Shown: positions 9,639-19,429, counted from the first letter of the stretch. The stretch is 64,000 bases of DNA from Gammaproteobacteria bacterium (GCA_965116495.1 OZ220696.1:2240001-2304000), one strand, 5' to 3'. Made by a program: numbers and translations. The notes: generated by a model from the sequence alone, not told the origin.

Positions 9639-11231
9639 CTACGCAACCGGTTCCTCAAACAACTCGACTTGCTTTTCCCGTTGCGGTCGCGCCCACTCGG
9701 GTAACAGTTTGGTGATCGCTTCCGCAGGGACATTCCCGAGTTCATTCGGTTCCAGCTTGTGCAGTCCGCCACCGTAGACGCGACCTTCCCTAAGCATCGC
9801 CTGCGGGCAAATCTCGTTCAGGAACTCCCAGACCTGTCGTTTCAGAGCTGGCCTATCTTGTAGAGCGCGCTTGATAGGTCCCTTCGGGTACAACATCAAA
9901 TACACGTTCGCAGCCGTTGCCTTCGAATTGTTCAGTATGAAACGAAACGGCTTGCCACTCTTTTTGTCACTTCGGCCGAGATAGGTACAGACGAACGGTG
10001 CCGGAGGCCGGTATTCCTGCGTGTACCACAGCGTCCGATGCCGGCAGAGATAGCGATCAGCGATGCCTTCCGTCTTGCCTTCTTCTAGATAGTCCCACAG
10101 CCTTGGATAGCGTTCCCTGATCTCGTTTTCCGTCCATGGAGGGTCAAGCAGGAACAAACGCCGTTCCAGCACTGGGTTACCTTGCCGATCACCTTTGATC
10201 TCGTCGTCCGGCACATAGCGAGGGCTCGGCAGGATCGGCTTGAATGCTCCCAGTGGCAGCCTACGTCGCTCAACCTCCTGCGCTGACAGAATGAAGTAGT
10301 TGTTGTTGCCCGTAGCTAGGCCCCGCTTGATCTTGAAGAAATCGCCCAGCACCAGCCCCTCAGCCGCTTCATAGCCCTCCTTCATCGGATAGCGTGTCCA
10401 TTTTGGATCGCGGCGCAATGTCTGGATCGGTATCAACCGTTCCAGTTTCGGTCGTTCCAGCGTTCCGCCATAGGTAAATCGCACATCATGTCCTATTTGA
10501 GGAGGTTTGTTGCGGAACCACACCACGGCCGACGACACAAGCGAGTCACCGAACTGCACATCGTTCGGATCGAAGCGATGAATGTGCAGAAGAGTCACCT
10601 TGTCAAGCAAGTAACGTTTTACCGAGATGCCGTAATTTACGTCCATAAACTCACTCGGGATCAACCACCCCGCTAGGCCACCCTCGGCCATCCACACATG
10701 ACTCAAGCCTAGGAAATAGCAATATAGACCGGCCAGTCCGTTGATCTCCACCCCAGAGAAGTCCAGCGTACGTAGCTTCAATCGTCGTTTCTCGCAGTTA
10801 ACGATATGATGGTGCCGCACATAGGGTGGATTACAGATCAGCAGGTTGAACTTTTCGGCAACCCCTGGCGCTTCAGCATGTGTGAAGTCTTCTAGGCGGA
10901 TATCCAGCCCCGTCTCACCCCATAGTTTCGCCGCCGGTCTGCCGTAATGCGGATCGACCTCAAACCCCAAAGCAGCAGCGATACGGGCCTGCGGAAACAC
11001 ATCCAGCAGCGCCGAGTAGAATGAGCCTGTTCCGAACGCCGGGTCCATGAACCGCACTTTCTCGTTCTTGGCGAGATGCGCCTTCGCGTAGCGCTGTATG
11101 TCGACAGCCAAGCCCGTCGGCGTCGCAAACTGCCCCATCCGGTTTCGCACCGTCGCGTCTCTATGTACGTCCAGTTCTTCCTGAAGGGCGAGCCGCCGCG
11201 CCTCCAACTCTGCGACTTCTTTCTTCATCAT
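9639..11231 (-). CDS. N6-adenine DNA methyltransferase (gamma class, Eco57I/TaqI-like) of a type II RM system
   Basis: MGQFATP, motif I FMDPAFGTGSF, motif IV ICNPPYVRH, C-terminal GRVYGGGLHKLEP; abuts the endonuclease gene. Confidence 0.92.
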   Translation of the reverse strand: MMKKEVAELEARRLALQEELDVHRDATVRNRMGQFATPTGLAVDIQRYAKAHLAKNEKVRFMDPAFGTGSFYSALLDVFPQARIAAALGFEVDPHYGRPAAKLWGETGLDIRLEDFTHAEAPGVAEKFNLLICNPPYVRHHHIVNCEKRRLKLRTLDFSGVEINGLAGLYCYFLGLSHVWMAEGGLAGWLIPSEFMDVNYGISVKRYLLDKVTLLHIHRFDPNDVQFGDSLVSSAVVWFRNKPPQIGHDVRFTYGGTLERPKLERLIPIQTLRRDPKWTRYPMKEGYEAAEGLVLGDFFKIKRGLATGNNNYFILSAQEVERRRLPLGAFKPILPSPRYVPDDEIKGDRQGNPVLERRLFLLDPPWTENEIRERYPRLWDYLEEGKTEGIADRYLCRHRTLWYTQEYRPPAPFVCTYLGRSDKKSGKPFRFILNNSKATAANVYLMLYPKGPIKRALQDRPALKRQVWEFLNEICPQAMLREGRVYGGGLHKLEPNELGNVPAEAITKLLPEWARPQREKQVELFEEPVA

Positions 11232-12197
11232 TTATAACCCAAACTCTGCGAGATCGTTGATACGGTGCTCCCAGACCCAATCGATGCCTTCCGCCGCCTC
11301 GTAACCGAGATAGCCGCTGTCGAAATACCCGCAAAGAAACAAGATGTAGCGAACGTTATGACCGTAGGTCCGGCGCAGCTGGTTCATCTTCGTAGCTTCT
11401 TCCTTACGTCGCTTGTTGACGTTTGTGAAATCTCCTGCTGACTTTGCCTCGATCAGCAACGGCAGATCACCTGCGTTCGCCGCTTTGGGCATCACTACCG
11501 CATCCACGGGGATATTGACGGTCTTGGCCGTACCTCCCTGCTCGACCGGCACGTTGAGCCGGAACGAATACGTCCCTGGCTGCAGCTCGTCATATTTCGT
11601 GCCCTCGCCTCGCGGTCGGTTTTCATACTCCAGAGCCGTCAACCATTCGTCGATCGCGGTGAGCTGACGCTTTTCCTGTGCGTTACGGATGATCGGATTG
11701 GCGACAGCCCCGCACAGGCGATCGGCCACGATCGTCGCGGCCCGGTACAGTTCCTGTTCGTGCGGCTCATCCCCGCGCTCCAGCCAAACGAAGACATCTG
11801 GATCGGCCATCTTCTCAATGATTTCCCCGATCTTCTCAAGGTCGCTGTCCAGCCCCCGCCGCGGCATTCGCTGCGGGAGCCTGTTGTCCTTCTCCATCGA
11901 CTTGACCAGATTACCGGAGACGCCAGAAAGACCGATCAGACGATCCACGGCCAACGGTGGGCAAGTAGACATCCGCAGTGATGGCAACACCGAGGGCTTC
12001 GCCTTCAACAGGTCCACCCCCACATCCGTCAGGTTCTTCGTCGCTTTAAGCGTCGCTTCGACATCCTTTGTGGTCTGCAGCCGCGTCTTCCGGTAGGCCT
12101 CCGGTGCAAAACGCATGAACCAGTCGTTGTACATGTCTACCGACTGCACAATGTCCTGTTTCCACCGGTCCGGCTTATCCCTGTTGGCTGCCATCAC
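11232..12197 (-). CDS. XamI-family type II restriction endonuclease
   Basis: PD-(D/E)xK core PVDAVV...LLIEAKSAGDFTNVNKRRKEEA, NPIIRNAQEKRQL, LCGYFD, WVWEHR, as recalled for the XamI family; adjacent MTase. Confidence 0.85.
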   Translation of the reverse strand: MMAANRDKPDRWKQDIVQSVDMYNDWFMRFAPEAYRKTRLQTTKDVEATLKATKNLTDVGVDLLKAKPSVLPSLRMSTCPPLAVDRLIGLSGVSGNLVKSMEKDNRLPQRMPRRGLDSDLEKIGEIIEKMADPDVFVWLERGDEPHEQELYRAATIVADRLCGAVANPIIRNAQEKRQLTAIDEWLTALEYENRPRGEGTKYDELQPGTYSFRLNVPVEQGGTAKTVNIPVDAVVMPKAANAGDLPLLIEAKSAGDFTNVNKRRKEEATKMNQLRRTYGHNVRYILFLCGYFDSGYLGYEAAEGIDWVWEHRINDLAEFGL

Positions 12198-12245
12198 TTG
12201 CTTTTCTCTGACTTGATCTGACCGCTTTGCCTGCCAGTAACGCCC

Positions 12246-12368
12246 TCATATCTCTTGAAAAAACTCGTTCAGGCACACATTTCGGCCTGCCGCCCCTTTC
12301 TTGAAAGCGTCCGCCGTCTGCTTCGGCAACCTGATCTGGATAACCTGCGTCGATTCTCGCGCCACCAT
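12246..12368 (-). CDS. Small putative ribbon-helix-helix DNA-binding protein (possible RM controller)
   Basis: SD AAGGAG then ATG; MVARESTQVIQIRLPKQTADAFKKGAAGRNVCLNEFFQEI has the beta-strand/helix/helix pattern of CopG/Arc proteins. Confidence 0.5.
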   Translation of the reverse strand: MVARESTQVIQIRLPKQTADAFKKGAAGRNVCLNEFFQEI

Positions 12369-12402
12369 CCCACTACTTTCTCCTTGGTTTGCTGCTAGTT
12401 TC

Positions 12403-12431
12403 ATTGTTGTCGACGAGTCGGCACTTGTCAA
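12403..12431 (-). promoter_or_regulatory. Sigma70-type promoter of the RM operon containing a GTCGAC site
   Basis: TTGACA-17 nt-AACAAT on the minus strand; the last six spacer bases are GTCGAC (12409-12414). Confidence 0.6.
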
Positions 12432-12574
12432 CAGCAGCAACGCTCACTCGAATCTCCTTCAGACGACTACGCGGAACGTGCTCGGAGATGATTCGCCGGT
12501 CATCTTGCCCAATCACCGCAACGGCTCCAACATCTTGCGACGCCGACGTTTAAAGCCGGTAGCATTGTGCAGAG

Positions 12575-12744
12575 CAACCCTTTTGGGCGAGGGGATATTT
12601 TGTCTCGACGATGGGTCGGGATGAGCAGGTTATCCGGGAGTATATACGAGATCAGGAGCGAGAAGATCAACATATTGAGCAATTGAACTTGGTGTTTGAG
12701 CGGTTCACAAACTAAAGCCCCCGGCTTTGCCGGGGGATATTTAC
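12575..12744 (+). mobile_element. Partial second copy of the IS200-family element (tnpA 3' end plus right end)
   Basis: Near-identical direct repeat of about 5060-5285 lacking about 55 bp of the post-tnpA spacer; identical CCCCCGGCTTTGCCGGGGGATATTTAC end. Confidence 0.9.
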
Positions 12745-12841
12745 TACGAGTTCATCGCAATATTGAAATGCTTGGCTCTCATTGATAGTGTCCGCTAAAA
12801 AGTGTTACATTTAGTCAACCCAGCCGATAATTTTTACTTTC

Positions 12842-13867
12842 ATGCCTGCCGACGATATAAAACAATTTATCCATGAGATACCGAAAGCAGAGTTGCATAT
12901 ACACCTGGATTCGGTTCCCCCGGAATTACTGCTGAGATGTGCACGGCGTAATAATGTGGAGCTTCCTTTTTCGGACGTTAAGGGCGCAATCGAGTGGTAC
13001 CGGTTCAATGACCTTGAAGAATTTTTACAGAAATGGGAAGTGACTACCGGCGTGTTATTTACAGAAACCGATTATTACGAGATAGCTCTGGAGTTGGGCA
13101 AGGACATGCAGCGACAGAACATCATTCGGCGGGAAGTGATGTTTACCTATGCGGCTGCCCATGAAGGCAGGGTGGAACTGGATACGATTATGCAAGGACT
13201 GGCCCGTGGCCGTCAGCAGGTAAAGGAAGAATTCGGTCTTGATCTTTATTTTATTGCCGACATTGATCGGACCATCAGTCCGGAACGAAGCCTGAACTAT
13301 GTTAATGAAATTGCAGCCTATAAAGACGAAGTCGGGATCCTTGGAATCGGATTGGATTGCCAGGAGGTGGGTTATCCTGCCGGTGTTCACAAAAATGCGT
13401 TTGCTCGCGCCAGGGAACTCGGCTTTAAATTATCTGCCCATTGTGGTGAGGAATATGCTGCGGGGCCTGAAGGCGTCTGGGATGTGGTTAACGACCTGAA
13501 CGTGGACCGGATTGACCATGGCAACCAGGCAATACGGGATAATGATCTGATCGAACATATTGTCGGGCATGATATTCCCATGACTCTTTGTCCGGTAAGC
13601 AATGTTTCGATCAATGTTTATGAGTCGATTGCAGAACATCCGATTATTGAATTGAGAAACAGGGGCGCTACCGTTACGGTAAACTCCGATGACCCGCCTT
13701 TTTTTCAAACGGATTTAAATACAAATTTCACTCAACTGGCTGAGGCGTTCAATCTTGGTGTGGACGACATCATTCAACTGGTCCGAAACAGTTTTTCCTG
13801 TTCTTATGCCTCAGACGAAGAAAAGACTGCTTATCTGGCCGGATTGGATGATTGGTGTCGTGGGTGA
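12842..13867 (+). CDS. Adenosine/adenine deaminase family amidohydrolase
   Basis: PKAELHIHLD, SAHCGEE, RIDHG, LCPVSN and NSDDP metal-binding motifs. Confidence 0.9.
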   Translation: MPADDIKQFIHEIPKAELHIHLDSVPPELLLRCARRNNVELPFSDVKGAIEWYRFNDLEEFLQKWEVTTGVLFTETDYYEIALELGKDMQRQNIIRREVMFTYAAAHEGRVELDTIMQGLARGRQQVKEEFGLDLYFIADIDRTISPERSLNYVNEIAAYKDEVGILGIGLDCQEVGYPAGVHKNAFARARELGFKLSAHCGEEYAAGPEGVWDVVNDLNVDRIDHGNQAIRDNDLIEHIVGHDIPMTLCPVSNVSINVYESIAEHPIIELRNRGATVTVNSDDPPFFQTDLNTNFTQLAEAFNLGVDDIIQLVRNSFSCSYASDEEKTAYLAGLDDWCRG

Positions 13868-13983
13868 ATCCAGGATATGATTTTGTGTATTCCAGGTATG
13901 TTACTTTAACGAGAATCTTTTTATTATAGGATACTGTATTATTCGATTATTACGATCCGGATTCCAAATTATTTGGGGGGCTT

Positions 13984-16224
13984 ATGAAGCTTAACCTGTG
14001 TTCTCGCATTTACGTCTGCATTCTCTGTTCCGTAATCTTTCTGAGCTTGGTTGTGCCGGTAAATGTTCCCGCCGATACTCTCGAAGAAGTGATTGTCACC
14101 GCAAAGAAGCGTGAAGAAAGCCTGCAGGATGTCAGCATTTCAATCACGGCATTTTCAGGTGAGGAAATCAGGAATCGCAACCTGATTACTTCCAACGAAC
14201 TGGGTCAATATCTGCCGGGTGTCCAGGTTGAAGCTGCATCGGGAAACCAGTTTGCAAAAACCATCATTCGTGGCTCAGGAAGCGTGGATTTTGCCGGAAA
14301 CGCGAATACGACAGTCGGTGTCTATTCAGATGAAGTTTACATGAGCAGCATTTTTGCCCATACGCTGGTGCCTTTTGACATGCAGCGTGTGGAGGTTTTG
14401 CGAGGACCGCAAGGCACGCTGTACGGGCGTAACGCCACCGCCGGCGCAATCAACTATATTACCAACAAGCCTGAGCAGGAGTTTCATGGGTACGGTACCA
14501 TCGGCTATGGTAACTATGACGCCGTGCGCCTCGAAGGGGCGGTGACGGGTGGGGTAACGGAAAATCTTTCCCTGCGAGTCGCGGGAACCTACCAGAATGA
14601 TGATGGCTGGATGGAAGGCAGGTCTACCATACCGGGGACGATTGGCGGTACGTTTAACGATACGGATCAGTATTACTGGCGTGGCATGGCCTTATGGACA
14701 CCGCAAGAGAACATTGAAATTCTATTTAACGTACATGGGTCCCAGGACCATTCCAGCGGATTTCAGTACCAGCAGGTCGGTACCGTGGACCCTAATACAT
14801 ATGCGACCAACTGTGATGCCACGGTAAGAGACGACTGTATCAATTTTGATGGTTACACGGACCCGGACGGAATTGAAGAACGTGGCGATCCTACTGCCGG
14901 TGACTTTGATCTCTTCGGTCCCAGCGATCTTGAAACCCTTGGCGGTTATATACGGATTGACGTGGACTTCGATGGTTTCAGGGCCACGTCCATAACGGCT
15001 TATGACAAGTTTCAGCGAGCTATAACAGGTGACGATGATGGAGGCCCCAGTGCAATCAGCCATAACATCTATCGGCATGAAACCAGAACGTTTTCAGAAG
15101 AGGTTCGACTGACATCGACAAGCGAAGGACCCTGGGACTGGATAGTGGGTCTTTATTATGCGTCGGAGGAATTGCCGTCGACGAACGAATACGAATTCTT
15201 TGGTTTCATCACGTATTCAAATTACAAACAGGAATCGGACCATTTTGCAGCTTTTGCAAACCTGGGATACCAAATCAATGAGTTATTCAAGGTCTATGGG
15301 GGTCTCCGTTACACGAGGGATGAAATCGAAATTTATCATAACAGCGATTTATTTGACCCGCCTTACCCTGTAGGCTTCGGAACAGGGTTAAGTGTGTTTG
15401 ATCCGGGCACCAGTGGTGAACGCACATACGATGACGTGACGTGGAAAGTGGGTGTTGATTTTACGCCTGATGACGATTTGCTGGTTTATGCACATGTCGG
15501 CACCGGTTACAAGAGTGGCGGGATCAATGTCGGTTTTGGTGACCCTGCAGAGTTCAACATCTATGATGAAGAGACCATTCTTGCTGTTGAAGGCGGGTTC
15601 AAATCAACCCTGTTTGATGGCAGGGCGCAACTGAATGTATCCGGATTTTATTATGATTATGAAGACCTTCAGGTGTTCGATAATTTCATCGGCTCATTCG
15701 GCAACCTGCTGATTGTGCTCGGCAATGCGGACCAGGCAGATTATTACGGTATGGAAGCGGAACTGAAGACACGCCTCATCGATAGATTGGATCTGAACTT
15801 TGGTGTCGCATACCTGGATACGGAATTCAAGCAATTTACACGTGCTGTCACGGGTCAGGATCTTGCCGGGCATAGCAATGTGTATGCGCCGGAGTGGAAA
15901 TTTGTCGGCAACCTGGCTTACGAGTGGCCGTTACAAACCGTAACTGAAGGTACCCTGGCATTCAATTTTGACTGGAGTTGGACCGATGAAATGTTTCACA
16001 GCGTGGAAAATCATCATGCCGTACGGTCAAAAGCCCGTTGGCTGGTTGGCGCCCGGATATCTTATCGAATGTTGAATGAAAAGCTGGAGATAGCTGGTTG
16101 GGGGCGTAACCTTTCGGATACCAAGTACCGTGTACAAACATTCGATTACACCAGCATCGGGCTCCAGACCTCTGTGCCAAACAGACCGCGTACTTACGGT
16201 GTTGAGATCAGTTATAACTGGTAG
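13984..16224 (+). CDS. TonB-dependent outer membrane receptor
   Basis: Signal peptide, TonB box LEEVIVTAKKRE, plug motif RVEVLRGPQGTLYGRNATAG, C-terminal RTYGVEISYNW. Confidence 0.95.
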   Translation: MKLNLCSRIYVCILCSVIFLSLVVPVNVPADTLEEVIVTAKKREESLQDVSISITAFSGEEIRNRNLITSNELGQYLPGVQVEAASGNQFAKTIIRGSGSVDFAGNANTTVGVYSDEVYMSSIFAHTLVPFDMQRVEVLRGPQGTLYGRNATAGAINYITNKPEQEFHGYGTIGYGNYDAVRLEGAVTGGVTENLSLRVAGTYQNDDGWMEGRSTIPGTIGGTFNDTDQYYWRGMALWTPQENIEILFNVHGSQDHSSGFQYQQVGTVDPNTYATNCDATVRDDCINFDGYTDPDGIEERGDPTAGDFDLFGPSDLETLGGYIRIDVDFDGFRATSITAYDKFQRAITGDDDGGPSAISHNIYRHETRTFSEEVRLTSTSEGPWDWIVGLYYASEELPSTNEYEFFGFITYSNYKQESDHFAAFANLGYQINELFKVYGGLRYTRDEIEIYHNSDLFDPPYPVGFGTGLSVFDPGTSGERTYDDVTWKVGVDFTPDDDLLVYAHVGTGYKSGGINVGFGDPAEFNIYDEETILAVEGGFKSTLFDGRAQLNVSGFYYDYEDLQVFDNFIGSFGNLLIVLGNADQADYYGMEAELKTRLIDRLDLNFGVAYLDTEFKQFTRAVTGQDLAGHSNVYAPEWKFVGNLAYEWPLQTVTEGTLAFNFDWSWTDEMFHSVENHHAVRSKARWLVGARISYRMLNEKLEIAGWGRNLSDTKYRVQTFDYTSIGLQTSVPNRPRTYGVEISYNW

Positions 16225-16241
16225 TGGTAAAGAAGGGTCGC

Positions 16242-16266
16242 TGGGGACAGACACATTCTGTCCCCA
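16242..16266. repeat. GGGGACAG...CTGTCCCC palindromic repeat (REP-like, possible terminator)
   Basis: TGGGGACAG-ACACATT-CTGTCCCCA; related copies at 20783, 42349 and 63561. Confidence 0.65.
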
Positions 16267-16276
16267 ATAGTTTAAA

Positions 16277-17461
16277 TTGAACGTGCCGGATTCTCCACAT
16301 AAATCCAGTGATAAATTATTTTTCGTATACGCAGTAATAGCTGCACAGGTAATTGGTGGTGTAATTACCCAGCTATCACCTCTGGTGATCGGGGGAGTGA
16401 TAACAGGACTGACGCTCTCCGCCCAGCAAGCAGGTTATATCGCATTCGCTGAATTTCTGGTGTTGTCCATTACGGCGATCCTGGTTGCACCCGTATTACA
16501 CAGATTCCCTTATCGTACTATATGCTTTTCTGCGGTTTGTCTCGCAATAACTGCAAATGTTATATCTGTCCAGGTGACTGCCCTGACTACCATGATCATA
16601 GTAAGATGCCTGGCCGGTATCGGCGAAGGTATAATTTATGCCATCTCACTGGCAGCAGTTGCCTCGCATTCCCGTAATCCGGACAAGGTTTATGGTTACT
16701 TTCAAGTCGCCTGGGCGCTGGTCAGCGTTATTCTTTTTTCTGCCGGCGGTTATCTGACAGATATGTATGCCCATCGGGGAATTTTCGGCCTGACCGCAAT
16801 CGTTATGATTATTCTGGTGTTTTTCCTGAGAGGTTTACCATCGGATAAGCTGGCGACAGTAAACAGCAAGCCTGTGGCCGGGAGCGAAATACCGACAATG
16901 CTGGGAATTTGTACACTAGCCGGAATATTTATATTTATAGCGGGAGGAGCAGCCGTTTACACGTTTTTTGAACAAATAGGTGTTCGCAGCGGATTGACTA
17001 CTACCCAGGTTGGGTTTGTATTAACGGTTGGCAGCGGTGTCGGAATAATAGGCGCCGGTCTGGCCACCTGGTTGAACGTGCGGAAAGGGCGATTTATTCC
17101 TGTTACAACTTTTTGTATCTGGTACGCCTCAACAAGTATGGTTCTTTGTTTGAACAGCAATGCAACGGTCTACATTGTTGCAGTTATGTCATCGTTTATA
17201 TCATTTTACTTTGCAGTTCCGTATTTGTTTGGCCTGGCTGCTGCATTGGATAAATTGGGCAGGTTGGCCGCCGCCGCAGGTTCGGTGTATTTACTGGGAT
17301 TCGCTTTTGGACCCATGATTGCGGGCAACCTGATCGAGTGGCATGGCTATGCCGGACTGGGGTTCGCCTCAGCGTCTACAACAATGCTGTCCTGGTTGAT
17401 TTTAGTATATATTGTATATCGCCTGGGCACACAAAAACCTGCAGCCGTGCAGAACGACTGA
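16277..17461 (+). CDS. Major facilitator superfamily transporter
   Basis: About 12 TM segments; shares AVIAAQVxGG, NPDKxYGY and VPYLFGLAAALD with 3480..4616. Confidence 0.88.
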   Translation: MNVPDSPHKSSDKLFFVYAVIAAQVIGGVITQLSPLVIGGVITGLTLSAQQAGYIAFAEFLVLSITAILVAPVLHRFPYRTICFSAVCLAITANVISVQVTALTTMIIVRCLAGIGEGIIYAISLAAVASHSRNPDKVYGYFQVAWALVSVILFSAGGYLTDMYAHRGIFGLTAIVMIILVFFLRGLPSDKLATVNSKPVAGSEIPTMLGICTLAGIFIFIAGGAAVYTFFEQIGVRSGLTTTQVGFVLTVGSGVGIIGAGLATWLNVRKGRFIPVTTFCIWYASTSMVLCLNSNATVYIVAVMSSFISFYFAVPYLFGLAAALDKLGRLAAAAGSVYLLGFAFGPMIAGNLIEWHGYAGLGFASASTTMLSWLILVYIVYRLGTQKPAAVQND

Positions 17462-17474
17462 AGAACTGTCAACG

Positions 17475-18497
17475 ATGAGTAATGACCATTGTATCCAGCC
17501 AGTAAGCAGTACTTTTTCTGAGAACAACTGGAACATACTGGCGAACTGCTGGCATCCTGTCGCCTTCAGCAGCGAGGTCACAGACAAGCCGTTCGCGGCT
17601 ACGTTACTTGATGTCCCATTAATAATATACCGTACCAACGGAGGTATTATTGTTGCAAAACGGAATTGTCCGCACCGTGGCGCAGACCTGAGTCAGGGAT
17701 GGCTAAAAGATGGCCAACTGGTGTGTGCATACCATGGTCTGCATTACGACAGTTCCGGGCAGTGTACGTTGATCCCGGCAGAGGGTCATGATGCGAAGGT
17801 TTCTCTTAAATTACGCTTGAGCACCTTTCAGGCAATCGAGCGCTATGGATTGATCTGGACCTGCCTGGGTTCCGAACCCCGATTTACGTTACCTGACTGG
17901 AGCGCGCTCGAAACATCAGAATACCAGGTCATCGAATTAAGCACGGAATGGCAAACCTCGGCAGCCAGACACACGGAAAATTTCCTTGATATCGCACATG
18001 CCGCATGGATACATGCTGATACATTTGCGCCCCGGGATTATCCGGAGATCGGTAAATTTGACGTAGAGCAAACAGCAGAGGGACTTTATTACCAAATTAA
18101 AACCATGTTTTTGGCGGCTAACACATTTGAATACAAAGGTACAGTAGAGGAATGCCTGTCAGAATATACCCTGACCATGCCTTATGCGATATGTTTGAAG
18201 GTGACATCATCCGTTGGTGTTGAGTATATTTTTGATGTGGCAACACCCGTTTCGACAGACAAAATACGAATCTTCATGCTGAAGGCGCGCAACTTTGATA
18301 AAGACAAACCGGTATCTGACTGGTTGCAATTCCAGGAAGTTGTCAATGAAGAAGACAGAAGGATAGTTGAGAACCAGTATCCGGCGTACCTGCCGTTGGA
18401 TTTGTCACAGGAATTCCATATCCGGGCCGATATTATATCTATTGCATACAGAAGGAAATTGTCAGAGTTGGGTATCCGGCAAGAAGGGGGGTATTGA
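17475..18497 (+). CDS. Rieske non-heme iron oxygenase alpha subunit (VanA/NdmA-like)
   Basis: CPHRG...CAYHG; ENFLDIAHAAWIH; EDRRIVENQ; start moved to ATG 17475 to avoid overlap with the MFS gene. Confidence 0.9.
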   Translation: MSNDHCIQPVSSTFSENNWNILANCWHPVAFSSEVTDKPFAATLLDVPLIIYRTNGGIIVAKRNCPHRGADLSQGWLKDGQLVCAYHGLHYDSSGQCTLIPAEGHDAKVSLKLRLSTFQAIERYGLIWTCLGSEPRFTLPDWSALETSEYQVIELSTEWQTSAARHTENFLDIAHAAWIHADTFAPRDYPEIGKFDVEQTAEGLYYQIKTMFLAANTFEYKGTVEECLSEYTLTMPYAICLKVTSSVGVEYIFDVATPVSTDKIRIFMLKARNFDKDKPVSDWLQFQEVVNEEDRRIVENQYPAYLPLDLSQEFHIRADIISIAYRRKLSELGIRQEGGY

Positions 18498-18598
18498 GCC
18501 TTTGTATGTATCTAAGGAATCTCTGATCAAGTCCGTCCGGGACTTGTCAGATGGCACATCCCTGTACCGTAGGAACCTCTGACTTAATCAGAGGTTCC

Positions 18599-19429
18599 CT
18601 AATAATGTATTTCAGGCACGTCATTATTAAACTTGAACGGATCCCGCTGCCTTGTTTGTTGTCTCAGGTTCATAGGAGACAAACCGTAATGTTCTTTTAT
18701 ATGGCGTGAGAAATGATGGGGAGATTGAAATCCACATTGCTCAGCTATATGGTTTACGCTCAGTTTGGACTGGTGTAACAGGTACACGCCTCTTTCTGCC
18801 CGTAAACGCCACAAATAGCGTATTGGTGTCATACCAACATGCCGTTTAAACAACCGCAGCAAATACCGAGGGTTTAAACCTACGTGAGCGCCAATATCGT
18901 TCAAATCGCAGGCACCGGTAAAATTGTTCTCAATAAATCGTTTTGACCTCGCTACCGCTGGAGGATAAATGCTGTCTTCTTCCTTAAGATTGGCCCGGTA
19001 GAAATACTCATTGAACACGGCTTCTCCCAGCGAATTTCGCAGTCTGCTTAAGTTGATACTCTCACCATGATCCAGGTTAATGCCTTCCTTTATCAATAGC
19101 ATCATTAAGTTCGATACGGGCTGCGCCTTGGTTATGGATTTGAGTTGGGGTTTGTATTTTTTCGGAATGGACAGTTCACCGGTATGACACCAGCATATAA
19201 TATGCCGTTTGCCTTTTGGCAGGGTCACTTCGAAGTATTCTTCTGAATAGGCAAATATTGCGGTACCGGATAAATAATGATTTTCTGATCCATCTATTAC
19301 AAATGTTGCTTCTCCCTCAAGAATCACAGAGATGTCCAGATGCTCATGGGTTACAGGACCATAACGGCCTCCGGCCGGAAAAACTGCATCGCCAAATTGA
19401 AATGGTTGGTCCTTGGTGAAAATATTCAT
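18599..19429 (-). CDS. AraC/XylS-family transcriptional regulator
   Basis: N-terminal cupin-like domain; C-terminal double HTH ending IAEQCGFQSPHHFSRHIKEHYGLSP. Confidence 0.93.
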   Translation of the reverse strand: MNIFTKDQPFQFGDAVFPAGGRYGPVTHEHLDISVILEGEATFVIDGSENHYLSGTAIFAYSEEYFEVTLPKGKRHIICWCHTGELSIPKKYKPQLKSITKAQPVSNLMMLLIKEGINLDHGESINLSRLRNSLGEAVFNEYFYRANLKEEDSIYPPAVARSKRFIENNFTGACDLNDIGAHVGLNPRYLLRLFKRHVGMTPIRYLWRLRAERGVYLLHQSKLSVNHIAEQCGFQSPHHFSRHIKEHYGLSPMNLRQQTRQRDPFKFNNDVPEIHY

